Shown here: positions 37,691-51,481 of the stretch, in pieces
How positions within the stretch are numbered: position 1 is the first letter of the stretch
Layout of the letters: every line of letters begins with the position of its first letter
DNA from: Felis catus
Taxonomy: Eukaryota
Direction: 5' to 3'
Length of the DNA: 64,000 nt
Assembly (NCBI RefSeq): GCF_018350175.1
Contig: NC_058369.1
Coordinates: 15,750,001 to 15,814,000, forward strand
Notes under the pieces: generated by a model
Seen by the model: the letters and a program-made list of their open reading frames with translations, nothing else
Told to the model about the DNA's origin: nothing
The model's database searches: none
Program-made: the position numbers and the translations under genes

Positions 37691-38339
37691 CTGGAAAAGG
37701 CTGCTGGGAAATCGGCAGGTTCTGTTGATAGGTGCCGGACCTGTAGCTCCTCTTTCCACACGCCGGTGACACGCTCAGTCCCCTCCCTCCCTCCCCCGCG
37801 GCCCAGGCTTCAGCACCAGCGCCACAAAGACCAACTCCCTGGACAACCCGGGCTCTCGACCTGGCCACCTACTTCAACGTCCAGAGAGCCTAGACACAGC
37901 CAGCAGGTGTCGACTCGGGGTCTCAGGCGAGGCCCCGGGCTCGGTGGGGTTAAAAATCCCATAGCTGATTCTGCCGAGAGGCCAAGGCTGCGGCCTGGCG
38001 GTTCAGGGTGGCCAGCGGGGCCCGTCCATTCATCAGGGTCAGCCCCAAGGACACGCCAGCCGTGGGGGCAAACGCCCCGGCCTTACGAGCTCAGAGATCC
38101 GCATCCGAGCTCCTGCGTCAGGACTCGGCGTCAGTGGGGCCCGGAGAAAGGCCCTCGGCCTCTCGGGGCTTCGGGTCCTCACCTGGGAGCAGGCGGTGCT
38201 GCTGTCGGGCAGGTGGGAGAGGACCGCGTGGGTGGGAGGGCCGGGGGGCCACCCCGGCAGGCGCGTCTGCCGTGGGCTCACCGTCCCGAACGAGGGGACC
38301 TCGGCTCGCGGCGTGAAGCCCAGCGCGGCCGTGCGTTTA

Positions 38340-38636
<297 letters not shown>

Positions 38637-39763
38637 TCATTCTCCCGCCCCGGCTCCACCCGGAGCTCCGGGTTTGGCGTCAGGTGGGACACCGTGGGAG
38701 CTCACTGGGGACACTTAGGAGAAAATGTGGCAGGTAGAGGAGGGGCCCCTCACACCAAGATGAAGCGAGCTCGAGGAAGGGGCCATCTTGGTTTGCCTCA
38801 TGTCCGGCTTAGTTTTGAGGTGCAGGGGAAGAGGCCAGGAGGCCGGCTGGAGCCCCCGTGGGAGGGGAAGAGGGAGGAGGGGAAAGGCAGGGGTGCGTAG
38901 GGGGGACTCATAAGAAGTTCGGATGGATGTGTGATGGCCCACTCGGTGTTCTCGCGAAACCATCGGTAAAATCGGGACGTGTCGACGCCGTCCCAGCTCT
39001 GCACTTGGTCAGAAGGTACCCAGGGGGTAAGAGAGAGCTGGGCTCTCTCGAGGCAGCCCGGTCACACTGGGGTAACAAAGAAAAGCATCGCGTGTGGCTC
39101 CGTTTCAGTCTGAAATGGACAGCACGGAAGGGTCCAGCTGCAGGCCCGCCTTGAAAACCTCACCCCACGGTGCCCGAACGTGGCTTCTCGAGAGGTTTCC
39201 GGAAGCTTATTGGGAGGGAGGTGGGTGTGCCGGTCAGAGACTCTGCTGTGAGGCGGCCAAGGCAGGGCTCTGCCAGTTGTGGGCACAGGCGGCCGGTTTG
39301 CGTAACGGGATTCATTCCCGATGTTTCGCCCCCAGCAGCTCCACATGAGCGGGAAGGAATTCAGGGCCCCCTCAAGCTGCCATGTGTACCCTGCCCTGTC
39401 AGGCTCGGGGGTCTGAGCGGGGTAAGTAGAGACCCCATACCCTCCCCACCCCGTCAGAGGTGAGAAATGTTTAGCCTGGCGGCGGGGGACAGGGGCAGCC
39501 CCGTTCCAACCAAAAGACGGTCCTGACACCCCACGCCATCAGGACGCCAATCGTGGCACGGGCTTGAGACAGGAAATCTGTGGTCCAGCCTCAAGTACGG
39601 CCTTTTCGAATCGATGAGGTAAACATTCCAGTACGCAGCACCCCTGCAGCTCAGAGCTGGGGGTTTTTGGATTGCTGACTCAAGAAAACGATACCACAAT
39701 ACGAAGTAGCCTTAAAAAAATAAAAAGGTGTGAAGCGTCAAGAACAGGAGAGGCTGTGAGCCT

Positions 39764-39767
39764 CTTA

Positions 39768-39816
<49 letters not shown>

Positions 39817-39986
39817 CGCGCTAGCGGGGGAGGAGCAGAGAGAGAGGGAAGACACAGAATCCGAAGCAGGCTCCAGGCTCCGAGCTGTCAGCACAGAGCC
39901 CGATGGGGGCCTCGAACCCACGAACCGTGAGATCATGACCTGAGTCGAAGTCGGATGCTTCACCGACTGAGCCACCCAGGCGCCCC
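39764..39986 (-). mobile_element. Carnivore SINE with (GA)n expansion
   Basis: Reverse-complement head gccacccaggcgcccc; long (GA)n. Confidence 0.92.
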
Positions 39987-41309
39987 CCAAATTGATTATA
40001 TATGTTACATATATGTGGAGTGATTTATTTAAAGAGGTATCTTGCAACATCCTTTGTACTCTGAGTGAAAACAGTGCACAGCTTTTTTTATTTTTTAGTG
40101 TTCTGAGGTCATGGGTTCATTTTCCTTACCTAACTCCTTAAATGCTTAGCACCTAGTCCAAACTTCGCTGCACTGTATCGAGAAGCTCTACCACAGCTGG
40201 AGAGGGCAGGGAAGCCCGCAAGGGACTCCAGAGCAGATTCGGTTTCCCGCCAGGCCGCTGTGCTGACAGCCCAACGGCGCGCTGCACCCCGGAAGGGAGC
40301 CTGTCCGTCTCGGGGAAAGACGCGTAGGCCAGGTTGAGCTTGTTCGGAACCCCTGGAAGTGGCTGATTACAGCCTTGGAAGAGTTTAGCCTAAAGGGCTG
40401 ATTCCCACCCCGAGGGGGCCTGAGGTGGGCCCAGCTATGCTCCTTACCCATTAACTTTTACCTTCTGGCTTGTCGGCTTTGGGCAACACTCCATCGGTAC
40501 GGTTACCCCGAGCACCCGGCAGCCCTGTGGCCTGGTGCCATTCCCGGGAATCCCCACCAAGGGTGCCTGCGGGGAGCCCGGTCTACACAGCCTCCAGGCA
40601 ACCGACAACGTCCGTGCAAGCAGGGAACACTTTTTTGCTTGAGAAGTCAGCTTCCCTGGCCTTGGATCATCTAAAGGTCTGTGTGCTATGCAAGAGGTAG
40701 ATTTCAGCATTTTGTAACCCTGGGCCGTGAGGACTAAGCCAAACTCATTTGCAGACTTCAGCTGTCCGAAGCCGTAAAGTCAAAGGCCTCCGGTGCTCTG
40801 AGGAGTGGAAGGCCGGACAGCGACACCGAGAACTTCCTCCAGACTTTCAGAGAGAAGGCAATGAGACCCTCTCTGGGCGGGTGATGCATTAAAATGCTCA
40901 AGACCGTGGCGCTGCATGGACGTTATGGCAATCCAAGGAACAGACGCCTGACAGCCAAGGTCTTTCCTCCTTTTCTCAGATGTCAGAGGGTGGAAAACGC
41001 TCGACCCTCAGTGTCAACGTATCTAACGTATCTAACGCTGTCATTCTCTGTAAGAAGAAAGCCCTCGGGCTCCAGCTGGCAGGCGGCGGGAAGGGATCTC
41101 AGAGCACCCTCTGAGGGCTACCTCAGAGCCCCCGGGAGGGCCACCAGGGGGCACAGCTGCCGGCTTTACCGGGACTTGAACTGTACTAAGGAGGCACTGA
41201 AAAGGAAGCTGAAAGGTAGAAACCCTTTAGGCCTCCCGCCCCACATCTAGGGGTTCAGTCGCTCCTGAATCTGCAAAGTTCTTCACTCCCAGAGGGACTA
41301 GGCTGAAGA

Positions 41310-41532
41310 CAAGAGAGAGAGGGAGAGACAGGGGAGAGAGGGGGACGGAGAGAGAGAGGGGGAGAGACGGGGAAAGAGAGGGAGGGGAGAGAAAGAGAGA
41401 GGGGCAGGGAGGGAGGAAGGGGAGGGAGGGGGAGAGAGAGAAGAGACAGGGATGGAGGCAGAGAGAGAAGACAGAGAGGGGGAGGGAGAGAGGGGGGAGA
41501 GGGAGGGAGAGAGAGAAGAGAGAGAGAGGGAG
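41310..41532. repeat. ~220 bp polypurine (GA-rich) low-complexity tract
   Basis: Almost exclusively G and A on the plus strand. Confidence 0.9.
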
Positions 41533-42066
41533 AATGTGCTGTTCCAGAGTTCTCTAACACAGCAAAGCCCTGGCTTTCTGCTCTCCAGGGGTTCAGAACA
41601 GAACGCAGGAAGCTACTTAGCACAACCAGCATTTTAAGAAACGTCTCCTGAGGTCTCACATCACTCTCTTCATTACAAAAACAAGTTTCCTGGGCAAATT
41701 ATAGGGAAAGCACCTAGTAAACTCTAAGAATTTTATCTAAGGAACTAATGTTTTTTAAAAGGCGGAGGCGTCCCGTGCTGCGTGCAACCCCTCCTCCCTC
41801 ATGGTCCCGCGAACAGCCTCCAAGCAGGCAGACCACTTGCGGTCTAGGGAACAGGGTCAGGACCGAGCCACCCCCGGACTTGGTAAGCACTCGCTTGGGT
41901 GGCTTCCCGGAGCCCGGGCCCGGGCCCCAATTTCCTTACTTCTTTACCAGCCGTCCACCCCCCACCCCCACGTCCTCACGGGGCCGTCTGCTGCGGGGGT
42001 CCAGGTGAGAGATGCTTCAGGCGGGGGGGGGAGAGAGAGATGTGGGATCCTCAGCCACGAGCTTAC

Positions 42067-42192
42067 CTCCGGAATCGACTTGACGAATCGGATCCCGTCA
42101 TTGGCTCCTTTCACCTTGGCCAGGCAGGCACAGAAGTAATCCCAGTAGTCCTTCCTGTTGCCCAGAAGGGTGGCCTTCTCCTTCTGATCGAA
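42067..42192 (-). CDS. FYCO1: FYCO1 exon 4 (RUN domain)
   Basis: 126 nt, [42 protein letters not shown]; cag|...|gtaagc. Confidence 0.96.
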
Positions 42193-43010
42193 CTGCGTAG
42201 AGGAAGGGACAGAGAGAGGAGGGCCACGCCCGCTGCTGTTCATCCCACCATTTAAACGATAAAGAACAGCAAAACCTTCTTAGTTACCCGGTGCTGGGCA
42301 AGGCCCTTCATTGGCAAAGGAGGGTGTTTTAATCCCCAATTTACGGATGAGGAAACAGAGGCTAGGAGAGGTTAGGTGGCCGGCTCAAGTTCACACAACT
42401 GGTGAGATTTAAGAATAACAGCCCCCCCCCCAAAAAAAGGTAACCCCTCTGTGCACCTTGTGGGGAGGAAGACCACCGAAGGGGGCTTAGTAACACAGGA
42501 TGAAGAAATACAAGTGGAAAGTCTTCAGGGCAACAACACATGAGGGTCAACTTGGTCTCAACACAGGGAAATGGGTTGGTGACATCTCATCCCAGTTACT
42601 CAAGTTCCAACACTGTTTTAATATGCGTGCAGTTAAGTGTAAATTAATGCTGGCTCTGAGTCATTTCAAATCCAAAACTAAAACCTATCTCTCCCCAGGC
42701 CCCAGCAGGCTCTCATCCCTTACACAGGCTCTGGTGGGATGTGACGTTGCAAACTTAGGGTGTTCGGAATGATAAAGGTGCTTCTTTCTATAACATAGCA
42801 TTTTGTAGTAGTTCTTCTGGTTATGGAAGTAAGACCGATAAATCGTTAGAAAATCTGGATGAAACTAAAAAAAAGAAAAAAACTATAATGCCCAATGCCC
42901 TGTCCCTCGGAGAACTTCCGTTAACATTTTGGTCCACTTCCTTCCTGCCTCCTGTGATTGCCTGTGGTTTTCCACATCTGCAGAGTTCTCTAGATCTGTG
43001 TGGTTGTGTG

Positions 43011-43229
43011 TTTTTTTTTTTTCTTTTAATGTTTTGTTTATTTTTGAAGAGAGACAGCGCATGGGGGGGGGGGGAGGGGCAGAGAGAGGGGGAGACACAG
43101 AATCTGAAGCAGCCTCCAGGCTCCAAGCTGTCAGCACAGAGCCCGACGCAGGGCTTGAACTCACAAATTCCGACATCTTAACCTGGGCCAAAGTTGGACG
43201 CTTAACCAACTGAGCCACCCAGGCGCCCC
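43011..43229 (-). mobile_element. Carnivore SINE
   Basis: Reverse-complement head and T tail. Confidence 0.92.
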
Positions 43230-43261
43230 TGTAGATCTGCGTTTCTTGAACCAAGCAGACA

Positions 43262-43418
43262 GAAGCATCACACTGTGAGTGAGTTCAAACAAAACTTCCC
43301 GGGTTGACCTCAGAGATCCCGATTCAGCAGGTCAGGGCGGGAACTGAGAATACATTTCTAACCTGCCCCCAGGTGATGCTGCTGCTGCTGGTCTGTGGGC
43401 CACACTTTGAGCAACAAG
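43262..43418. mobile_element. MER5-like hAT MITE remnant
   Basis: catttctaac...ccccaggtgatgctgctgctgctggtctgtgggccacactttgag. Confidence 0.65.
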
Positions 43419-43840
43419 GATCTAAAACGGGGGCTTCTGGGTCATCTTCAGTGTGGAGAACGTGTGACTGGGTGTGCATGCAATGCACGTCTGCCTGGGG
43501 ACAGATTCCACAGCTTTTAACTAGACTCTCAAAGGGGTCTGTGACTGCCCCAAAGTGAAGATCCCTGCTATCCAGTGACCTCATGACCTGCCTTAAGATG
43601 ACCTAAATCTCTAAAGAATGTTCTTGATTCCAACAATCATCCTAAGGGGCAACATTCTGACTTTTCAGAGGCTTGCACTTGGGAGGCTCAAGCTCTCGCC
43701 AGGGACTGCACGAACTTTCAGTCTAACCAGCAGGGCTTGATGGCTCCACAGAGCTGTCTGACCCACATCCTGAAGGCTGATGAGTCACGCAAGAGAGAAA
43801 CAGAACAGAGCAGAAATCAACATGGTACGGAGTCACTTAC

Positions 43841-43947
43841 TTGAAGGAGATACTCGAGTTTATAAGAAAACTTGTGTAAGCTGGTGCTGTCATCCGTGAT
43901 GGGCTCCCCTGCTTCCTTAAATTCTTTGCTTAGCTCTGTCACGGCAT
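43841..43947 (-). CDS. FYCO1: FYCO1 exon 3 (RUN domain)
   Basis: 107 nt, [36 protein letters not shown]; aag|...|gtaagt. Confidence 0.95.
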
Positions 43948-44604
43948 CTTTAAGACAACAAACAGAAACGCGTAACTGACCTCAGAGGGAGAAACAGAAT
44001 AACCCCAGGACGCGCGAGAAGCAAGTGGTCGATGATGGCAGAGCCCCTTGGAAACAAAAAGCGATATGAAACGCTGGATGGAGGTAATGCCGGGCCTGAA
44101 GGCGTCCAGGTGGCCTGAGAGCCCCCAGGTAGGTATTCTAGAACAGCTCCCTAATGGGGCACACTTCTCGGCCATCCCTGTAGGCCTCTACCATGTAGGC
44201 CCGTAATATGCATGCAACACACGTTTGCTATGTGCACGGGTCACTCAGCAGGCCCCTGCCGGCGACTTCCAGAAAGCTTTGCCCTTCATTCCGGCCACGT
44301 TCCTTGTCGTTCTTCCCCATAACCCTACTGCTCAGTACAGGGTAAGTCCCGGCTTCAAGAAGCCCCAGAATGTGCAAATAAGAGAACAATCCCAAGAACG
44401 ACAACGACACCTGCTTCTGGGAGCTGAGGGCCCCTCAGGGGCCAGGCCTTTGCACGGCCTTCTCACTGAATACGGCACTGAGGGGCAGGGTTGTTTTGTT
44501 TTGACAAATCTAACACGCGACTGGTCTTAAAATGATCCCAAATTCCAAACTGTTAAAATGTGAAAAAACAAAAACAAAAAAACTTAAGAATGATGAAGGC
44601 TGAT

Positions 44605-44846
44605 GGGGCGCCTGGGTGGTTCCATCGGTGAAGCGTCTGACTCTTGATTTCGGCTCCGGTCATGATCTCACGGTCCGTGAGATTGAGCCTCACGTCGGGC
44701 TCTGTGCTGACAGCATGGAGCCTGCTCGGGATTCCCTTTCTCTCTCACTCTCTGTCCCTCCCCACTCCTGTTCTTTCCCTTCCTCTCTCTCTCTCTCTCT
44801 CTCTCAAAATAAACAAACATTTTTTTTTAATATAAAAAAAAAAAAA
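44605..44846 (+). mobile_element. Carnivore SINE
   Basis: TSD gatgaaggctgat on both flanks. Confidence 0.92.
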
Positions 44847-46304
44847 GACCGATGAAGGCTGATATCATCATCCCTGTTGGCGGATAAGGAGCCCCTGGGG
44901 AAGTCAGAGCACTCGCCAAAGACCAAGGGCGGCGAACAGCAGGGCTGGAATGAGAACCCTGGTCTTCTCAAGGGCTTTCTGACTCCGGGGCTCGCCTCTC
45001 CACTTCTGAGAGAACTGACCTCCCTGTGCACAAAGAAAGGAAAACCACCTTGACTCTCATTTACGGCCTCTGCTGTGGGACAGAGAGACTGTGAGAGGCT
45101 GTGTTTGGTGTAGACACTGGGCAAAGCACCCCCAGCCAGATGGCTGGGGCCCGCTGGACAAAACGACCTTCCCCTGCGACCTTCCTTCTTCGTAAGGAAC
45201 AGGAGCTCCCAGGCACCACGGCTGGAAAGCAGGCCGGCCCAGCACTGAAGCTGAGCCCGAGCCGCTAAAATGCAATCGCTACCGACCCCTCAGGCAGAGG
45301 TCAGCAAAGGGCAAAGACAGGCTCTTGGGACTAATTCTCACAAGTGACTGCTGTCCAGCGGCACCCTCTAGAAGTATTGGCCGCGGCTGGCTTTGAGAGC
45401 CGGGGGAGGGCCGGGGACCAGGGAAGGCACAAGCCTTTCCCCCCTCCACCACTCAGCGTGGGTTAACGCTCACAACCTGATCTGGGAACTCCTGAAATTT
45501 TGAAAGAAGGAGGCTTGGGTATGAAATACGAAGTTTGCCGCTCTAATCTCTGATAATCCAAATGCATTACTTAGGGATAATCTTAGTTTTATGTGAATTA
45601 TACATCTGTGTCTGCCAACAATCTTGAGAAGTGGGTGTTACCGTCGAGCTGACCTCGCGCACGAAGAAAGCAACGGGACCTCGGAAAGGTGACGGGACTC
45701 ATCCCGCATCTTCCAGGGTTAAAAGGCAGAGCCAGGAGCTGACCCCAAAGCCCTCGTCAGTGCTGTCCCCAGGAGGACGAGTGGGCTGCCCTGTGCAGGC
45801 ACGAAGGCTGCGCACTGCCCAAGGACCCCTCGCCTGGGGACGTTCCACTCCCAGGCTAGATGCTGAAGATCTGCCGTGTGCCGATGAAGACAGTTACCAA
45901 CAGATGCAAGGGAAGGGTCTTGAGAAAGTGGTGTTTCCAAGTGCTCGGCGGGCGGGTCAGATGGCCTTGGGATGCCAGAGATGACCAGAACAGTCGGGAC
46001 AAGGGTGGGAAAGGGTACGTGAACAAGTGCCGATGTCTGGCCCCCTCCCTGGACCAGAGGCTCTAGCGGGGGTCCTCTCTTCCCTCCCAATAAAGACCCC
46101 TGGGTCCCAAAGTCATGCTGGAGAACAGAGACTGACACGCAGAAAAGGTGGCCTCCTTTGTGGAGAAACTTCTCAAGGCCAGTGGTGAACTCAGATTTGC
46201 AGGGCCTGCCATTTCGCTTTCTCTGCGTGTGTGTGTGTGTGTGTATGTGTGTGTGTTTAGGCTGAAGGAGAAAAACCATCTACCGTTTTAGCTGGAAGTA
46301 GGCT

Positions 46305-46520
46305 GGTGTGGTTAAGAGTGTAGACTCTGACACCTGGTGTGTATGCAAACCCAGGCTCTGCCCGACTGGATGTGTGACCTTAGGCAAGTCACTTAACCTC
46401 TCTGTGCCCCTCTCTGCGTCTGTAGAATGGGGATAATGGTTCCTACCTCGGAGACCAAATGTGAGGACATAACGGGCTACTAACATAAGGCCTGGCACGT
46501 GTGGAACGCCATGAGATTCT
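46305..46520 (+). mobile_element. MIR
   Basis: gtggttaagag...tgtgtgaccttaggcaagtcacttaacctctctgtgcc...tgtagaatggggataat. Confidence 0.8.
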
Positions 46521-47284
46521 CGGCTTATTCGAGGCCCGAAGTGCTACACCAATGGGAGGCAAGCCTGACCGACTTTTCTCTCACTGACCTTTGACCGGCA
46601 GGGTGAGAAGCGTGCTGCGGCCGCCACTAGCCCAGCGGCCCTGGGTGTGACAGACCGCGGCTGCTCATCACTGTGCTCGCGGGTAGGAACCCGACTCAGG
46701 ACGGCGGCGCCGTAATCTCTGTGACATGTCAGAAGCGGTCAGCTTCAGACCGTCTGTAGCAACCGCGTGGGAGCTCCGAAGACCCGTACAGACCAGCCCC
46801 GGTGAGCTCAGGCGGGCGGGAAGCTTGCCCAACTCCTGACCCTCGGCACGTCACCTAAAAGGGTGAGCTCGGTCCCTAGACTCTGCAGCTGGGAGAGAAA
46901 GCGGTTGGCTCCTCCCCCGAGCCTGCCTCACTCCGCGTGCACCGTCCCCGGCCCTTCTCCAGGGACACGGGAGCTGCGAGTCTCGTCCCTGCGCTGAGCT
47001 CAGGGGCGTCCGGGAGGCGGCGGGCCCAGAACTGCAGTGCGTCACAGGAGACAGGCTGTCCGCCCGCCAGGACTGGGTAGGACGACAAAACAAGAGAGGC
47101 GGGTGTCTGGCCATCCTGCTGAGGCAGGGAGAACGCGGCCTCCCCAAATGGGCCAACTCCATCGCGGCCTGGAGGCCCGAAGGCCCGAAGGCCCGAGATT
47201 CCGCCAGACCAAACAGGGGGCTTGTAGCACTCACGCCCACATGAACTGAAAGCAGACCCCAGGCCCAGGAAAGGGTATTAGCTT

Positions 47285-47511
47285 GGGGCGCCTGGGTGGC
47301 TCAGTCGGTTGAGCGACTGACTTCGGCTCAGGTCACGATCTCACGGTTTGTGGGTTCGAGCCCCGCGTCGGGCTCTGTGCTGACAGCTCGGAGCCTGGAG
47401 CCGGCTTCCGATTCTGTGTCTCCTTTTCTCTCTGCCCCTCCCCTGCTCATGCTCTCTGTCTCAGAAATAAACAAACATTAAAAAAAAAAAATTTTTTTTA
47501 AAAAAAAAAAA
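47285..47511 (+). mobile_element. Carnivore SINE
   Basis: Canonical head and tail. Confidence 0.92.
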
Positions 47512-47749
47512 GAAGAAGAAAGAAAACAGTATTGGATTTTGTTGACAAACTGGCTTCCCAGGGCCCTGAGAGGAGGCCCGGGCCAGCCGCCCCCGCCTGA
47601 CACAGGGCAGACACCCAAGCCCCAAACACCTCCACGAGATGTGTCCCGAGGGCTCCAGTTACTCCCCGTGTGACAAGGATGAGAGGGCGGCAGGAGCACA
47701 GCCCAGCTCCCCCACCGCCAAGCCTGGCGTGTCCCCTCCCCAACGGTAC

Positions 47750-47804
47750 CTTGCAAATCACGGATGATTCTCTGCAGCTGGCTCTCTGCAATGGGGGAGG
47801 CCAT
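47750..47804 (-). CDS. FYCO1: FYCO1 exon 2 coding part (exon 47750-47887), start codon
   Basis: Kozak gccATGG; MASPIAESQLQRIIRDLQ plus 1 nt; donor G|gtac; acceptor ctccag| before 47887. Confidence 0.95.
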
Positions 47805-48772
47805 GGCCACTGTCTGCGGGCCGCCTCTCTCGGCTGTGCGCCTCCCGCCTGGGTCCGCTCAGCAGAGGTCAGACTCCATGGTGACACCTGGAGAGGGAGA
47901 GGGAGGCCGTGGAGGGCTCAGTGACAGACACAACATGAAGACAGGACGAGAGGGGCATGCCCCGGGGCCCAAAGTCGCCCCATCTGGGTGTCTTCCCTCA
48001 GCGGAAAGGGCTTGACCTTTCTGTGTGGGTCTTGCCCGGTGGGCATTCCCTGGCTGGCTTCTGACACACTTCTATTCAGACACAATGACCTGGGTTGGGG
48101 CTGAAAAGGCGATAGGTTCAACCAAACAGCATGATTCACTGAGCGTCTCTCCTCTTCTCCCCTCTTAGGCGCGACTGCCTCACCCTCCTTCGACCTTGAG
48201 AAATGCCTCCCAGGGGCTCCCGTCACTCTGGGGAGGCCAGACCCAGCCCAACCCACATTCAGGCGGCCTGCTAAGCTGATGGTGCTGGCCACCACCAGAC
48301 CCCTGTCTCCCCCACGCCCGGCCCGCTGTCCTCCCCAGGCTGGCTTCCTCTGACCAACAGTTAGTAACGTCTGGCCGGTGGCGGTGGAGGCGAGAGGCTG
48401 AGGACCCCCGGGGCTTCGGGACCAAAGAAAGCCAGGCTTGCCTTGTGGGGGAAGCAGCTCGCTCGTGGAGGCTCAGCAGCTCCAGCTGCCCAGAACCCAG
48501 CTCGGCCTGGCTGTGTAGACGCCGCCTGGCCTGCATCGGGGGCCCGGGCAACCCTCGGTCTATTTTAAGCTTGGTTACAGTCCTCTTGCAGCTGGTGAGT
48601 CCTGAGTTACCAGCCCTGCTCGGGCAGCTGCTAAAGTGATTTAAGGACACGGTAGTGGCTGAAGACCAGCAGAGGTGAGGACACACGAGTGCCACTGGAG
48701 ACAAGTGTGGGTATGCACGGGGACGCTCCAGTGTCCCTTCTACAGCAGGAATGTCAGAAATGGACGTCTCTA

Positions 48773-49014
48773 GGGGCACCTGAGTGGCTCAGTCAGTTAA
48801 GCATACGACTTCGGCTCAGGTCATGATCTCGAGGTTTGTGAGTTTGAGTCCCGCGTTGGGTTCTGTGCTGACGGCTCAGAGCCTGGAGCCTGCTTCAGAT
48901 TCCGTGTCTCCCTCTCTCTCTGCTCCTCCCCAGCTTGCTCACACATGCACGCGCCCCCTCCCCCCCCCTCTCTCTCTCTCAAAAATAAACATTAAAAACA
49001 ATTTAAAAAAAAAA
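48773..49014 (+). mobile_element. Carnivore SINE
   Basis: Canonical head and tail. Confidence 0.92.
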
Positions 49015-50129
49015 GAATTGGGCATCTCCAATTCGTAGACATCCAACACCAGGTTGTGTCATGCTTGTTGGCAAAAGCAGGTGGTGAGACTAGAGGAAGC
49101 CAGAGCAGCCACCACTGAGTGAGGGCCTACTGTGTGCTATGCGCTGGGTCCTGATAGGGGCTTTACACGCGTGATCATTTTCATCCCACAACCGCCTTAG
49201 TGGGGTAGAGAACACCAGTTGGAGAAGCCACATAAAACTCGCCTAAGGCCGTGGGCCAATAAGGAGCGAATCGTGGTCTGGGCCCTGGTGAGTCTGATTC
49301 AAACCCTGTGGATCTATAGCTCAGCATCGTCCCTACTACAAATGGCCAACCCCTTCCGCTGGCTTCTAGGAACCACCCTGAACTCCAGCGTCTCCCAAAT
49401 AATGAGCCGCCACCCTGAGTGTTTCTCACACGTGCTGGCCCTCCCTTTCCCACAGCCCTATTCCCCTTCCCGCTCCAAGAGTCCAGGCAATATGACTCTG
49501 GAATAGAAACAGTCCCAGGTTTCAAGTTCCTCCAAATATTTACATAAGCATTCCAGCATGAGCCTGAAGCAAGAAGGGCCTGTCACAGGGCGGATATGCC
49601 TTGGCCTATTTTTAACTAACAAGCTGGCACAGCTGGGACTCAGTGCAAACAAGGCCCAAAGAGGGCTTCTCTGGCCTCGGAGGAATGAGACAGGCACACA
49701 TCAAAACCACACTCCCAGCGATTCCTGACATGGAGCCCAAGAGAGGCAGGGGGTCCACAGAGAGCCCTCCAAAGCCCCTTAAGAGGTATTAGATACCCCC
49801 TGCCCGCCACAGACACTAAACCGAGGGTGGGAGTGGGTTTCGAGAAGGCAGCCTGCCCATCCCTAGGCGGCTCTCCGGGGCACCTGCTGAGCACAGAGCC
49901 TGAGCAGGGGCCAGCCAGGGCCCTGCGGAGAGCCAGAACCCAGGCTCAGCCGGGCTTCTGCAGGGGGTCCGATGCCTCGGTGGGCACGCTGCCCCTCCCG
50001 GAGAGGTAGAGAGAGTCCAGGGTCCGCACTGTCAATGCACAGCTGCCCCGACACCATGCTGTGTCAAGTTCCTTCCATGCGCAGGCTGGGGACACGGACG
50101 CACGCGAGGCACGGTCTAGCCCTGGAGGA

Positions 50130-50590
50130 GCTCGGCTGTGCACCAAGCAGACAGACGGAAAAATATCCCGCTATCTGGACACGACAGAAGAGCTCCATGC
50201 AGAGATAGGAATAAAAAGCGACGGGTACTCAGCGATGAAAGGGTCGGGCCATGGACACGTACAACAGATGCTTCCTGCTGAGCAGAAACAGCCAGACGGA
50301 AAAGGCTACGTCCTTTATGATTCCATTTGCATGATATTCTCGCAAAGGCAAAACGTGGGGGAGAGGTCACAGCGGTGGCTTCCAGGGCCTGGGCGGGAAG
50401 GGGTGCCGGTGAAGGGGGGGCATGACTACAAGAGTCGGCAGAAATTGGGGGGGGGGCGGCAGTTCTGTTCCGTGTCTTGCCCGTGGTGGTGGTTACATGA
50501 CCGTACGTATCTGACAAACATACATTTGTCAAACTCACAGACTGCAGATTGTATCTCAACAAAAAAGGCCGCACTGTGACGAATTTAGGA
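50130..50590 (+). mobile_element. Ancient L1M 3' fragment
   Basis: tatgattccatttgcatgatattctc...catacatttgtcaaactcacaga, L1M 3'UTR-like. Confidence 0.6.
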
Positions 50591-51481
50591 AGATGCCGTG
50601 GGGCCTCAGGAAGGGAAAATTAATTCCACTTGGGGGAGGGAGAGGGTGAGAGGCGGGGGCAACCGAGGTGTGCCAGGCCTGAAAAATGAGGATGAGGTCT
50701 TTTGAAGAGACCCAAGGAGGAAAGGGCACCGGGATGGGGGGGGAAGGGGGACAGCGAGCATGGAGGGTGCTTCTCTCCCGAAATTCCTCTCATTTGGCTG
50801 TTGTCAACGGACAGCCTTGTCGTCCCTGGGAGAAAGACGCTCAGAGGAAAATGACAGACACCCAAGACCTCAAAGGCCCTGGGCCTGTGTGCACGCTTCA
50901 GACCAGGCCGAGACCCGACTCGTGGAAGAGGGCAGATTCTGAGTTAGGCTCCATAATTTGCTAAAACAGCCCTCAAGATTTGGAAAAACATTAAGATGAC
51001 TGGTTTATCTTCAAAGATACAATCTGGGAACAACCAGGCGGAAGAGACGAGAGGCGCAGAGTTGGGGGGGGGTGGTTGGTGGGCTGGTTCGAGGTTTGCG
51101 AAGCTTCTACGCCCTCAGGGCTCCCCACCCAGCAGCACCTCGCAGGACAGGCTCCGGCCGGGTGGACACCCGGACCCTGGGAACCAGCCGTCTCTGAGGC
51201 CTGCCGTCATGAGCCTCGACAGACAGAAACGTGCTCCTTCGAGACGTGCGGGGACTCTGGGAGACGGCCCTGTGTCCGCACGGCCGGGCGAGGCCGCCTC
51301 CGCCTGACCCTCGGAGCGCGCTCAGCTGATGCCAAGTTCCCGGGTCACGGGGTGAGCTGTGCCCAGCTGCTGATTACACAAGCTGCTTTTCCGGAAAGCC
51401 TGAGTCACCACCCAGGTAATGTGCCCCAGAGAACCGGCTGCTGGACCTGCAGGTCGCGGTGGGGGTCCCGCCTCACAGGGG

